Part shown: positions 36,246 to 46,507 of the stretch, in pieces
How the letters are laid out: each line of letters begins with the position of its first letter
How positions within the stretch are numbered: the stretch's first letter is position 1
NCBI GenBank assembly: GCA_964558395.1
Contig: CAZLDS010000013.1
Span: forward strand, 390-64,389
DNA from: an uncultured bacterium
Lineage (GTDB): Bacteria > Methylomirabilota > Methylomirabilia > Methylomirabilales > CSP1-5
Length of the DNA: 64,000 nucleotides
Reading direction: 5' to 3'
The notes under the pieces: generated by a model
The model's input: the letters and a program-made list of their open reading frames with translations, nothing else
What the model was told of the DNA's origin: nothing
The model's database searches: none
Translations under genes and position numbers: made by a program

Positions 36246-37478
36246 ATGAATCTCGGGGTCACATTCAAGATTGCCGTCCGAGCATTACGGGTCAACAAAA
36301 TGCGCTCGGCGCTGACCATGTTGGGTATCATTATCGGGGTCTCCGCCGTGATCGCCATGGTGGCGATTGGCGCGGGCGCGAGCGCCCGCATTGCCGAGCA
36401 GATCCAGAGTATCGGCTCGAACCTCATTATTGTCCTGTCCGGAAGCACGACCAGCGGTGGGATCCGCCTGGGTTCCGGATCGGCGCTCACCCTCACCGAG
36501 GATGACGCCTGGGCCATCGCCAAAGAGATTCCGGCTGTAGAGGTGGCCGCGCCCACGATGCGGGGGACCGCGCAGGTGGTCTACGGGAATCAGAACTGGT
36601 CCACCGTCATCCAGGGAGGGACGCCGGAATATCTCGTGGTTCGGGAATGGCCTCTGGACTATGGACGGTCGTTCACGTCGCAGGACGTGACCGGTGCCGC
36701 CAAGGTCGCACTGCTCGGTCAGACGGTTGCCGAGACGCTTTTCGGAGATGCCGATCCTCTGGGTCAGATCATTCGGATCAAGAACGTGCCCTTCACCGTC
36801 ATCGGGGTCATGGCACCAAAGGGGCAATCGAGCTCGGGGACGGATCAAGACGATAGGGTCATCATTCCTCTCTCGACCGCGAAGAAGAGGGTCCTCGGCG
36901 TCAGTCAGGCCAATGTCCGGTCCGTCAGTGCGATCCTCGTGCGGGCCCAGGCCCCCGAACTGATTAGCGAGGCCGTGGAGCAAACCACGGCCTTGCTTCG
37001 GCAGCGGCATCGGATCCAGGCGGGGCAGGAAGATGACTTTACCATCCGCAATCTCACGGACATCTTTGCTGCCCGGGAGGAGTCGGCCCGAACCATGGCG
37101 TTGCTCCTTGGGGCGATTGCCTCGGTTTCTCTCCTCGTGGGGGGAATCGGGATCATGAACATTATGCTGGTCTCGGTCACGGAGCGCACGAGGGAGATCG
37201 GCCTCCGGATGGCGGTCGGAGCCCGGGGACGGGATATCTTGACCCAATTTCTCATTGAGGCATTCACGTTAGCCCTGATCGGCGGGGTCGTGGGGATTCT
37301 GATGGGGATCGGCGCATCCACGATCCTCTCCTCTCTGGCGCAGTGGGAAACCCTGATCTCGCCCGGGGCCATCGTGGTAGCCTTTTGCTTCTCCGCGGCC
37401 GTCGGGATCTTCTTTGGCTACTATCCGGCTCGCAAAGCCGCCTCTCTCGACCCCATCGAGGCCCTTCGGTACGAGTGA
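36246..37478 (+). CDS. ABC transporter permease (MacB family)
   Basis: RSALTMLGIIIGV, GGIGIMNIMLVSVTERTREIGLRMAVGA, PARKAASLDPIEALRYE. Confidence 0.95.
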   Translation: MNLGVTFKIAVRALRVNKMRSALTMLGIIIGVSAVIAMVAIGAGASARIAEQIQSIGSNLIIVLSGSTTSGGIRLGSGSALTLTEDDAWAIAKEIPAVEVAAPTMRGTAQVVYGNQNWSTVIQGGTPEYLVVREWPLDYGRSFTSQDVTGAAKVALLGQTVAETLFGDADPLGQIIRIKNVPFTVIGVMAPKGQSSSGTDQDDRVIIPLSTAKKRVLGVSQANVRSVSAILVRAQAPELISEAVEQTTALLRQRHRIQAGQEDDFTIRNLTDIFAAREESARTMALLLGAIASVSLLVGGIGIMNIMLVSVTERTREIGLRMAVGARGRDILTQFLIEAFTLALIGGVVGILMGIGASTILSSLAQWETLISPGAIVVAFCFSAAVGIFFGYYPARKAASLDPIEALRYE

Positions 37479-37549
37479 GCAGAGTCCGTCACCTGACGGC
37501 CTGTCTTTCAACGTTAAACATTACTGAGTATGAAAAGAAGGGAGGTGCG

Positions 37550-37864
37550 ATGCGTCGCGTACACGTACTTTTCAGTCTCGTCGGGCTGAGCCTCTTCTGG
37601 AGTGGATGCACCTCGACCACGATGATTTTCACTGAGCCGGGCAATGCCGAGATCCTGGTCGATGGGGATGTGATCGGGCGTTCCCCTGTCTTGTACGCGG
37701 GGGTCTCGGGCGTGAAGGTGACAGCGCGACTTCCCGGGTATCAGGAGTCTACCGTGGACGTCTCTCGTGAGCTGTTCTTCTGGGGATGGTATCTGCCCGA
37801 CTCCGTCCATATTCCATTAGAGCCAGTCAAGAAGTCACAACTTCCCGAAGACGGCAGCCTGTAA
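37550..37864 (+). CDS. PEGA-domain lipoprotein
   Basis: RBS ggagg; lipobox FWSGC; TEPGNAEILVDGDVIGRSP. Confidence 0.75.
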   Translation: MRRVHVLFSLVGLSLFWSGCTSTTMIFTEPGNAEILVDGDVIGRSPVLYAGVSGVKVTARLPGYQESTVDVSRELFFWGWYLPDSVHIPLEPVKKSQLPEDGSL

Positions 37865-37892
37865 CCATTCGTGTTTGCAGAGGAGGCAAGGT

Positions 37893-39449
37893 ATGGGGAA
37901 GAAAAGGAACCGGTGGGTCGCGGTGCTCGTTTCTACGGCCTTGGTGTCCTCCACGGGATCCGCCCTGGGCGGAGAGGGGGCGGCAGAGGTCGCGGGCGAA
38001 CCCAAGGAGATCACCCCGAGGCCTGGGCAGGTGATCGTCCTGTCGCTCCAGGAGAGCATCCTTCTGGGCCTGCAGAATAACCTGAGTATCGCCATCGCGG
38101 GGTTCAACCCGGAGATCCGGTCGGCCGACGTCACTGCGGCCAAGGCGGTTTTTGATCCGTCAGCATTTGCCGAGGTGAGTTACGGCGATCAAAAGGAGCA
38201 GAACCGGAACGTGCTGGCAGCCAAGCCAGTGGTCGAAAATAAGGACTACAACTGGAACATGGGGCTCCGCCAGGACCTGCCCACGGGCGGAAGTTACGAG
38301 CTCCGCTTCTCGAATAACCGGAACTTCAACGACTCCGGGTTTTTCAGCGTCATTGACACCAGTACCGCCTACTCGTCCGATCTCAGCCTCACGCTGGTCC
38401 AGCCGCTGCTGAAGAACTTCGGCGTGGACGTCAACCGGACACAGATCAAGATCGCGAAAAACGAGCAGGAGATTTCGGTCGACCAGCTGCGCGAAACGAC
38501 GATGGATGTCATCACCCAGGTTCAGGAAGCCTATTGGGAGGTCGTCTTCACCCTCGAGGATCTGAAGGTCGCGCAGCGCTCCCTCGACCTGGCCAAGGAG
38601 CTTGCCGATCTGAACCGGGCCCGGGTTCGGGCCGGGGTGGCGGCCCCTGTAGAGGTGACTCAAGCCGAGACGGACATCGCCGCAAGAGAAGCGGCGGTGA
38701 CCGTGGCCGAGAAGAGCGTGCGGGATGCGGAGGATCGTCTCAAGGTGATCCTGAATATCCCGAAGAGGGGGGAGTGGGGTGGGGATATCCTTCCGTCCGA
38801 CGCTGCCCGCTTTTCCCCGGTCACCCCGGACCTTCCTGGGGCGGTGGACGAGGCCCTCAGCAAACGGCCACAGTTCGAGGTCGCCAAGATAGACCTGAGC
38901 AACCGGGAACTCACCTTCCGATTGGCGCGGAACCAGCTCCTGCCGGATCTCTCCTTCCGCGGGGGTGTGGGGCTCAACGGCCTCTCCGCCCTCGATCCCT
39001 CGTACGGTGGTGCTCTTGATAATCTGAGCTCCGGGAAATACTACACCTACTCGGCGGGATTAGTGTTCAGCGTTCCACTGGGCAACCGGGCAGCTCGGGC
39101 CGAGTTCATGAAGGCGCAACTGGAGGTGGCGCAGGCCCGAGTCGCCCTCCACGACGTAGAGCTGCAGATCACCGCCCAAGTCCGCGAGGCCGTAAGACGA
39201 ATTGACGCGGATGCCAAGCTGGTGGAGCAAACAAAGGCCGCGAGGGGGCTGGCCGAGGAACAACTGCGGATCGAACAGAAACGGCTGGAGGCCGGGGTCT
39301 CGACGACCTTTGAGGTCCTCCGGTTCCAGCGGGACCTGGCGGCGACGCAGTCGGCAGAGGTCAGGGCGCTAACCAACTATAACAAGTCGCTGGCCAACTT
39401 CGATCGGGTGCGCGGCGTGACGCTCGAAAAGCATGGGATCCAGATGTAG
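37893..39449 (+). CDS. TolC-family outer membrane efflux protein
   Basis: Signal peptide; LSLTLVQPLL, QVQEAYW, EQKRLEAGVSTTFEVL. Confidence 0.92.
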   Translation: MGKKRNRWVAVLVSTALVSSTGSALGGEGAAEVAGEPKEITPRPGQVIVLSLQESILLGLQNNLSIAIAGFNPEIRSADVTAAKAVFDPSAFAEVSYGDQKEQNRNVLAAKPVVENKDYNWNMGLRQDLPTGGSYELRFSNNRNFNDSGFFSVIDTSTAYSSDLSLTLVQPLLKNFGVDVNRTQIKIAKNEQEISVDQLRETTMDVITQVQEAYWEVVFTLEDLKVAQRSLDLAKELADLNRARVRAGVAAPVEVTQAETDIAAREAAVTVAEKSVRDAEDRLKVILNIPKRGEWGGDILPSDAARFSPVTPDLPGAVDEALSKRPQFEVAKIDLSNRELTFRLARNQLLPDLSFRGGVGLNGLSALDPSYGGALDNLSSGKYYTYSAGLVFSVPLGNRAARAEFMKAQLEVAQARVALHDVELQITAQVREAVRRIDADAKLVEQTKAARGLAEEQLRIEQKRLEAGVSTTFEVLRFQRDLAATQSAEVRALTNYNKSLANFDRVRGVTLEKHGIQM

Positions 39450-39450
39450 T

Positions 39451-40056
39451 ATGTGGACATCTTTTTCACAGCTGATCACGCGAAGACTCGTGGGTCTTAG
39501 CGTGCTGTTGAGTCTGCTGCCCGTCCAGGCGCAGGCCCTGTCTCTTGACCTATCCTCGACTCAAGTCGCAGAGGCTATCCACTACGGCCAGAGCAGTCAA
39601 GAACTCCCCTTTGCCCTCTTTGCGCGGGAGTGGCGAGCGGAAGGCATCCCGGGACCGGGTCAGCGCCTTGTCGGCTCGGGCTGGCTGCAATCCCCCTTCG
39701 CCCGGCTGGCCCATGCCGGCTGGGCAGCGGCCCATCGCGGCCTCTCCGTGATCGATTCGGACCTCATGCGACAGCTCCAATCGGTGGGAGGCCGCCTGGC
39801 CTTCGCCGTCACGCTCGTGTCACCCCCGAGGCAGACTTCGACCTATCATGTCAGCTTACACCAAGCAGGGGAAGCCTTTGACGCCTCCTACCTCGAGAGC
39901 CGTCGTGATCCCGCTGAGCAGGGGACGTCCTGGGTATACCTCTATTGCCTCTTCCCGGCCGAGAAGATCGATTTGGAGGGAACGGTGGTCCTCGTGGTGA
40001 CCGACGCGCAGGGCGATCCGCTCCCGTTTGTCTTCGACCTGTCCCGAATGCGGTAG
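39451..40056 (+). CDS. Exported hypothetical protein
   Basis: Signal peptide ending AQA; starts immediately after the tolC-like gene. Confidence 0.65.
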   Translation: MWTSFSQLITRRLVGLSVLLSLLPVQAQALSLDLSSTQVAEAIHYGQSSQELPFALFAREWRAEGIPGPGQRLVGSGWLQSPFARLAHAGWAAAHRGLSVIDSDLMRQLQSVGGRLAFAVTLVSPPRQTSTYHVSLHQAGEAFDASYLESRRDPAEQGTSWVYLYCLFPAEKIDLEGTVVLVVTDAQGDPLPFVFDLSRMR

Positions 40057-40118
40057 ACACCTCCGGGCTCTTGACACCTCTGGCGTGAGTGTGCGAGCCT
40101 CCAGTGGGCGGAGGCAAG

Positions 40119-43079
40119 ATGGGAGGAAAAAAACAGGGCCCGACCGTGTCGGTCTCGCCGGCGGTCGAGGCGATTCTGGAGGGACTCAATCCGGAGCAGG
40201 CGAAGGCCGTCACCGCTCGGGAAGGACCCCTGCTCATCGTTGCCGGCGCAGGGACCGGAAAGACAACGGTTCTGACGCGTCGGATCGCCTACCTCATCGC
40301 GGCCAAGCTGGCCAAGCCCAGCGAGATCCTCGCGCTGACCTTCACAGAGAAGGCGGCAAGTGAAATGGAGGAGCGCGTGGATCTTCTCGTCCCGTATGGC
40401 TATGCCGATGTCTGGGTCAGCACGTTTCACGCCTTTGGTGATCGCATCCTGCGCGAACAGGCGTTGACGCTCGGCCTCGATCCGGATTTCACTGTCTTGA
40501 CGCGCCCCGAGCAGGTGGTCTTCTTTCGCGAGCGTCTCTTCGAGTTTCCCCTCGCGTACTACCTCCCCCTCGGAGACCCCACACGATACATCGAGGGCAT
40601 CCTGACCCTCATGAGCCGAGCGAAAGATGAGGACGTGAGGCCGGCGGACTATCTCCAGTATGCCGAGGAGCTCGCCGCGCGGGCACGCACCCATTCGGAG
40701 GATGACGGTCTTGAGGAAGAGGCCCGGCGCCAGCGGGAGATCGCCCGCACGTACGAAAAGTATCAAGAGCTCATGGCCCGGGAGGGAGCGATGGACTTCG
40801 GGGATCAAGTGACCCTGACCCTCACGCTCCTTCGAAAGCATCCCGCGATCCTCGCCGAGTACCGGAATCGGTTCAGTTACATCCTGGTGGACGAATTTCA
40901 AGACACCAACTACGCGCAGTGGGAACTGCTCAAGGTGTTGGCCGGTCCGGAGGGGAATCTTACCGTGGTCGCGGATGACGATCAATCCATCTACAAGTTC
41001 CGTGGCGCTGCGGTGAGCAATCTATTGGACTTCACCGAGATGTACCCCCACGCGGAGCTCGTGGTTCTCAACGACAACTACCGATCGGGTCAGGCCGTTC
41101 TGGATGCGGCATACCGGCTGATCCGGCACAATGATCCCGAACGGCTGGAGGTACGGCGGGGGCTGGATAAGCGCCTCCGCGCTCTCCGCGAAGGGGGCCG
41201 CGGGGTAGAGCACCGCCACTACGACACGTTGGGAAGCGAGGCGGACGGAGTTGCGGCGCTGATCGAGGCGAAAGAGCGCTCGGGAATATACCGATATCGG
41301 GACATGGCCATTTTGGTGCGGGCCAACCGGGATGCCGATCCCTTCCTGCGGGCATTGAATATGAAGGGAATCCCGTGGCATTTTTCGGGGGCCCACGGGC
41401 TGTACGGTCGGGAAGAGATCCGCCTCCTTATGGCGTTCCTGCGGGTGGTGGCAGAGCCCGAGGAGAGTCAGTCACTGTATTTCTTGGCGGCGAGCGACTT
41501 GTACCGCGTTCCTCCGCTGGATCTCGCCCGGTGTAGCGCGGCAGCGCGGCGGATGAACCGGAGTCTCTTTTGGATCTTTAAGGATCCAGAGGGTCGAGGA
41601 TTGGATGACCTCTCGGGCGAGGGGCTGGCCACGATCCGGAAGCTCCTCGAGGATCTGGAGGAATATATCCGGAGGGCCCAGGAGCTCCGGGCTGGCGAGG
41701 TCCTGTACCATTTCCTCATGGAGAGCGGCTATCTGAAACGGTTAACGGCCGCCGAGGATGTCGCGAGTCAGATCCGGGTGCAGAATATCGCCCGGTTTTT
41801 TGAAAAGGTGCAGCGGTTCAGCGACATCGCGCTGCTCGACCGCGTGGCGCCGTTCGTCGAGTACCAAGAAAAACTCCTGGAGGCCGGTGAAGACCCGGCG
41901 GTCGCAGAGGCGGACGTGGACACGGATGCCGTGCATGTCCTGACGGTCCATAAGGCCAAGGGGTTAGAGTTTCCTGTGGTCTTCTTGGTGGGACTCACCG
42001 CCGACAAGTTCCCCAGTCGTGGGCGACGCGACCCGATTGAATTGCCGGAACCCTTGATTAAGGATCGGATCCCTGAGGGCGATTTTCGCCTCCAGGAGGA
42101 GCGACGTCTCTTCTATGTGGCCATGACTCGGACGAAGGAGGAGTTGTATTTCACCTCCTCCTGGGACTCCGGAAGGGGGAGGCCCAAAAAGGTAAGCCCC
42201 TTCGTGCTGGAGGCGCTCGACGTGCCGACGCCGGAGGCGGCGGGCTTCCGGGCCTCACCGGATGAAGTGATCGCGCGTTTCGCGCCCGCTGCCGCCGAGG
42301 TGTCAGGCGTGCTACCGCCGATGGATCCGGACGAGATCCTCACGCTCAGCCACTTCAGTGTGGACGACTACCGGACCTGCCCGCTGAAGTATAAGTACAT
42401 CCATGTTCTCCGGGTGCCCATTCGGGAACACCACACCGTGATCTACGGTAAGGCCTTGCATGATGCGGTCCAGGCATACTTTCGTCGGAAGATGCGGGCG
42501 CAGGGGATGTCGCTCGAGGAGCTCTGGGGGATCTTTGAAGGATCCTGGGTAAGTCGTGGGTTTCTTTCCCGAGAACACGAGGAACACCGCCTGGAAGCTG
42601 GGCGACAAACCCTCAGACAATTTTTCGCTCGGGAGGAAGCAGACGGGACGATTCCGACGTTTGTCGAAAAAGAGTTCGGCTTTGCGCTGGGCCGGAATCG
42701 GGTCATCGGCCGCTGGGACCGAGTCGATACGAGAGGAGACGAGGTCGTCATCATCGACTATAAATCGTCCGATGTCCGCCAGCCGAAGGAAGCAAAACGC
42801 CGCGCCCGCGAGAGCCTCCAGTTGGGGATCTACGCCCTTGCCTACGAGCAGACGTGCGGGCAGATCCCCACGCGCGTGGAGTTGCACTTTTTGGAGTCGG
42901 GCTTGCGTGGCGTCGCGGAAAAAACCGCCGGCGAGATCGAACAGACGGCGGCCATCATTCAAGACGTCGCCGCGGGGGTCCGAGACCGGAACTTCACCGC
43001 CAAGCCGGGCTACATGGCATGTGGCTATTGCGCCTACCGAGAGATCTGCCCGAGTACCTGGGGGACGGAGAGCAGTTGA
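40119..43079 (+). CDS. UvrD/PcrA-type SF1 helicase fused to a PD-(D/E)XK nuclease with a 4-Cys staple
   Basis: AGAGTGKT, VDEFQDTN, TVHKAKGLEF, EERRLFYVAMTR; C-terminal CPLKY, GRWDRVD, IDYKS, CGYCAYREIC. Confidence 0.92.
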   Translation: MGGKKQGPTVSVSPAVEAILEGLNPEQAKAVTAREGPLLIVAGAGTGKTTVLTRRIAYLIAAKLAKPSEILALTFTEKAASEMEERVDLLVPYGYADVWVSTFHAFGDRILREQALTLGLDPDFTVLTRPEQVVFFRERLFEFPLAYYLPLGDPTRYIEGILTLMSRAKDEDVRPADYLQYAEELAARARTHSEDDGLEEEARRQREIARTYEKYQELMAREGAMDFGDQVTLTLTLLRKHPAILAEYRNRFSYILVDEFQDTNYAQWELLKVLAGPEGNLTVVADDDQSIYKFRGAAVSNLLDFTEMYPHAELVVLNDNYRSGQAVLDAAYRLIRHNDPERLEVRRGLDKRLRALREGGRGVEHRHYDTLGSEADGVAALIEAKERSGIYRYRDMAILVRANRDADPFLRALNMKGIPWHFSGAHGLYGREEIRLLMAFLRVVAEPEESQSLYFLAASDLYRVPPLDLARCSAAARRMNRSLFWIFKDPEGRGLDDLSGEGLATIRKLLEDLEEYIRRAQELRAGEVLYHFLMESGYLKRLTAAEDVASQIRVQNIARFFEKVQRFSDIALLDRVAPFVEYQEKLLEAGEDPAVAEADVDTDAVHVLTVHKAKGLEFPVVFLVGLTADKFPSRGRRDPIELPEPLIKDRIPEGDFRLQEERRLFYVAMTRTKEELYFTSSWDSGRGRPKKVSPFVLEALDVPTPEAAGFRASPDEVIARFAPAAAEVSGVLPPMDPDEILTLSHFSVDDYRTCPLKYKYIHVLRVPIREHHTVIYGKALHDAVQAYFRRKMRAQGMSLEELWGIFEGSWVSRGFLSREHEEHRLEAGRQTLRQFFAREEADGTIPTFVEKEFGFALGRNRVIGRWDRVDTRGDEVVIIDYKSSDVRQPKEAKRRARESLQLGIYALAYEQTCGQIPTRVELHFLESGLRGVAEKTAGEIEQTAAIIQDVAAGVRDRNFTAKPGYMACGYCAYREICPSTWGTESS

Positions 43080-43126
43080 GAGTGGAGAGCGGAGGGTCGA
43101 GAGGGGCGATGGAGGACCTTCGTTGT

Positions 43127-43238
43127 GGCCAACGGGTCCTGTCGCCGGGCAGCCCAGCCGTCCTCGCTCCACCCATTCCCCTGTGGGGCCCTTCCGCTGC
43201 GGGCGGCTGGGCGCCTCGTTCGGCGCCACCCGTTGGCC
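43127..43238. repeat. Nested palindrome (REP/MITE-like or structured RNA)
   Basis: ggccaacgggt / acccgttggcc (11 bp) enclosing gcccagccg / cggctgggc (9 bp). Confidence 0.6.
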
Positions 43239-43369
43239 TCGCGACACGGATTTCGAGTGATGCGAGCGAGGTGTCGCCTACCTCGGAAGGAACCGTCTCG
43301 TCGTTCTTCGCGACTTCGGACCTCGGACGTTGAGGTGTGAACCATGAACTGGCCTGTGAACTGTGAACT

Positions 43370-43978
43370 ATGAATCATAAGACGTTGAAAATTGGGATTG
43401 ACGTTGACGATGTCCTCGCCGACTCCCTGCCTGAGTATCTTTCGGCCTTCAACCGTCGGTTCGGACTTCAGATTCCCGTAAACGAGGCGGCGTGGGAAGT
43501 CTTCCGACGCCACCCCGACATTCCTGCCGAAGAGATCCGGGCCTTTTTCCAAGAACTGTACCGCGCCGATTTCCTGGGTTCGCGTCCGCTCTTGCCTGGC
43601 GCGCGCGAAGGGGTTGAGCAGCTCCATCAAGCAGGCCATCGGCTCTTCATCATCACCGGGCGTCTGAGATCCGACCGGCAGATCACCGAGCGGTGGATTG
43701 AGATGCAAGGTCTTTCTGCCTTCTTTCAGGAAATCGTAGACAGAGACGGGCTTGATATGCCGCTGCACAAGCGCCGGGCCGTTGAGCAGTTCCGCCTCGA
43801 TGTGTTACTGGAGGATGAGTACGAGGTCGCCCTGGCGGCGGCTGAGGTTTCCGCGCGGGTCCTTCTCTTTGACCGACCGTGGAATCGCGGATCCCTCCCA
43901 TCCAACGTCTTTCGCGTTCGTTCATGGCCTGATGCGGTCGCCTGTCTCGGCCGACAGGGACGTTCGCCCGTCTCCTAG
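43370..43978 (+). CDS. 5'(3')-deoxyribonucleotidase-like HAD phosphatase (NT5C)
   Basis: IGIDVDDVLAD, LFIITGR, LLEDE, LFDRPWN. Confidence 0.85.
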   Translation: MNHKTLKIGIDVDDVLADSLPEYLSAFNRRFGLQIPVNEAAWEVFRRHPDIPAEEIRAFFQELYRADFLGSRPLLPGAREGVEQLHQAGHRLFIITGRLRSDRQITERWIEMQGLSAFFQEIVDRDGLDMPLHKRRAVEQFRLDVLLEDEYEVALAAAEVSARVLLFDRPWNRGSLPSNVFRVRSWPDAVACLGRQGRSPVS

Positions 43979-44322
43979 CCCTCCCAAGCCGACCCTCTTC
44001 TCTGCCTTTCCCCATTTTTCAAGCCTCTGGCATGCCGCTGGCCCGAGCCATCGCCGGGTATGAGGGGGGGCAAGGCGGCACAACCAAAGGTCTTCGAAGG
44101 GGTGCGCCAGGAAGATCCTCGGGTGGGGGTCCTCTTCCAATGGGAATGAGTCCTTGGCACGAATGTTGGTGCTTTTTCAAGTGCTTCGTCTTTTGACGAA
44201 GAATAATCGATACATATTCGATGCGTGTGCCTGTGTCGCATGAGATGGTAACAACACACCTTCCATGGATCAAATGCGTATGAGGCACCGCGAGCGAATG
44301 GGGTAGGTGTTGGAGAGAGACC

Positions 44323-44744
44323 ATGAAGCCGCTCGGACACCGGTTGAAGCAGGCCTCATTAACGAACAGCAGCTCCAATCCGCGCTGCGGGGGCAGCAAC
44401 GAACACGGGAGTGCCTGGGCCGGATCCTGATTCGTTTGGGGTATGTCAGCGATGAAGGCCGTCGCAGGGCGCTGCCCGCCCGGGCCCGGGTGAAGTTTGT
44501 CGATCTCGAGCAGTATTCGCCCCAGGCCGAGGCAGTCCAGCTGGTTCCCGAGAATTTTGCGCGGGACCGCCATCTCGTCCCGGTTTCCTATGTAGGGGAG
44601 GCCCTTGTGGTGGCCATGGCCAATCCCGTCGACATCGTAACCATCGATGAACTGCGGCGTCTCTCCAAGGGGCCAGTGGAAGTTGTGGCAGCTGCGGCGG
44701 ACCCGCACGTCCCCTCCTCGATCTCGCCGTACACCCCGTACTAG
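44323..44744 (+). pseudogene. Frameshifted, truncated MshEN/GspE-PilB N-terminal fragment
   Basis: MKPLGHRL (ATG 44323) shifts frame to VEAGLINEQQLQSAL...LGRILIRLGYV...LVVAMANP; stops before any ATPase domain. Confidence 0.75.
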
Positions 44745-45041
44745 TCGTATCCAATGATCAGGCCTTTTCGTGCGAACACGACGACGGCTCGGGTGACGAT
44801 GTCGGGAGCCGTGAGCATAATGGGAACCTAGGGAGCGACGGGTAAGCCGTACAGGAAGTCGTCAACGACGCTGGAGGCCGGAAGCTCAGGTTGTGGCGCC
44901 CCTGGGGTTGTCCGCGAGGTGGGTCCGCCAACGAGAGCCGGATCCTCATCGTGCCCCACCGGAGGGGCCTTGGGGACCTCAGCCGGCCGCGGGTGGGAAA
45001 GGGGGGGTGGCGTAGCCTTTGGCCTCGATGGGGTGAGCTTC

Positions 45042-46244
45042 TCACCGGCAGGCGCTTCCTCGAGTCGGCCAGCGGGGATCAGGTCGGGCGTCGGGGGCAG
45101 TGGCCTCGGGTAATGATGCTTCGCGTTTCGCATCTTCGAGGGCCTCCTCGAGCCACTCAGGCGGCAAATCCGAAGTCGGAGGCACTGTAGTCTCGGGTAT
45201 GGATGGTGGTCGCTTCGTAGATTCACGCCCCTTTTCCAGCAACTCGGGGGGTGGCTGCTCAGGAGCAGGCGGCGGAGTGGCCTCGCGCATGGCTGGTGCG
45301 CGCTTCTGAGCGTCAGGCGCGTCTTTGAGGCGGCTGGCGGCTGGCAGATCGGGCGCGGCATGCCGTGTGGCTTCGGGCGTGGATGATGCGCGCTTGCTGG
45401 CCTGACGCCCCTCTTCCAGCCAACCGGGGGGTGGCTGGTCAGGAGTAGGCGGTGGCGTAGTCGTGGGTGTGGATGATGCACGCTTCTCATCACCACGCGG
45501 GCCCTTGATGCGGCCGGTGAACGGCTGCTCGGGCGCAGGAGGGGGTGTGGCCGTGGGCCCCGATGGGGCGGGCTTCTCGGCCTCAACCGTTTCTTTGAAG
45601 CGGCCAACCGGGGCCTGTCCAGGAACGGGAGTCGGGGCGGTATCCACTGTAGGTTGGTTGTGCTTGCTCACGCCCAACACGTTAGGGGCGGGGTGCGGTG
45701 CGATCTCGGGGGGAGGCGGGATCGGCTGCTCAGCCTTGCGCCGTTCGTCCTGATCTCGCATCCCTTCGAGGAGGAGATGTTCGGGGCTAATGCCCACTTT
45801 GACGATGAATTCTTGGGCGTCCAGCATGATGTCATCATCGGTAAAGACGTCCGCCATCTCGAACCGGAAGAAGCCAGTGTCCCAGTGGAGGAATTCCAAG
45901 ATTACCAGCTCGATTTGGTGCTGGACCGCCTCTTGGAGGGCCGCGTGTGTGACGAGGCCTTTCTCGACGAGGATCGCGCCGAGCCGTTTATTTTGTGCAG
46001 AGAGGTGCTGCAGCTCGAGGGCGGCCATCAAGCTCTTTTCGGTGAGATGCTTCTGGGTAATCAGAATTTCGCCCAAAGTATTTCGCGTCGTGTTAGAGGT
46101 GGCATAGATGACCTTGCCCTTCTTGAAACCGATTTCCCCGTAGTCTCCGAGCCGGCTCAATCGCAGTTTCCCTGTTTTCATGCAGAAGCTCAGAATTTGG
46201 AGAAGATCGGGAACGGTCAGATCTAGTCGTCCTATCAAGGCCAC
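45042..46244 (-). CDS. DUF4388 + MshEN-like protein with Pro-rich repeat tail (probably continues to 44828 across a frameshift)
   Basis: GTG after aaggaggtg; LLQILSFCMKTGKL, LGEILI, RLGAILVEKGLV, WDTGFFRF; tail repeats. Confidence 0.8.
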   Translation of the reverse strand: MALIGRLDLTVPDLLQILSFCMKTGKLRLSRLGDYGEIGFKKGKVIYATSNTTRNTLGEILITQKHLTEKSLMAALELQHLSAQNKRLGAILVEKGLVTHAALQEAVQHQIELVILEFLHWDTGFFRFEMADVFTDDDIMLDAQEFIVKVGISPEHLLLEGMRDQDERRKAEQPIPPPPEIAPHPAPNVLGVSKHNQPTVDTAPTPVPGQAPVGRFKETVEAEKPAPSGPTATPPPAPEQPFTGRIKGPRGDEKRASSTPTTTPPPTPDQPPPGWLEEGRQASKRASSTPEATRHAAPDLPAASRLKDAPDAQKRAPAMREATPPPAPEQPPPELLEKGRESTKRPPSIPETTVPPTSDLPPEWLEEALEDAKREASLPEATAPDARPDPRWPTRGSACR

Positions 46245-46507
46245 AGGCTTCACCTCCTTTTTCTCCGGTGAAAGGGGTTTGGGAACGAGGGTTTCCAGTT
46301 CCGCATGTACCTTATGAATTGCTAGCAATGGCCGTGCCATGGGAAATGAATCCTTTAATTTCGCTGTGTTATGTCGCCTGGAGTGCTGAGCTCATGGGAC
46401 AGGCCGAGAGAGTTCACTCTATGGCCTTACGCGAGATTCCTCTGAAGTTGTTTTATGAAGGAGTCGTGTGTTACCGTAGGAATCACGTGGGGTCGGAGAA
46501 GAGAACG

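Noticed and set aside
42343-43079. Stand-alone Cas4
   Set aside because: The nuclease is fused in frame to the UvrD helicase and there is no CRISPR context
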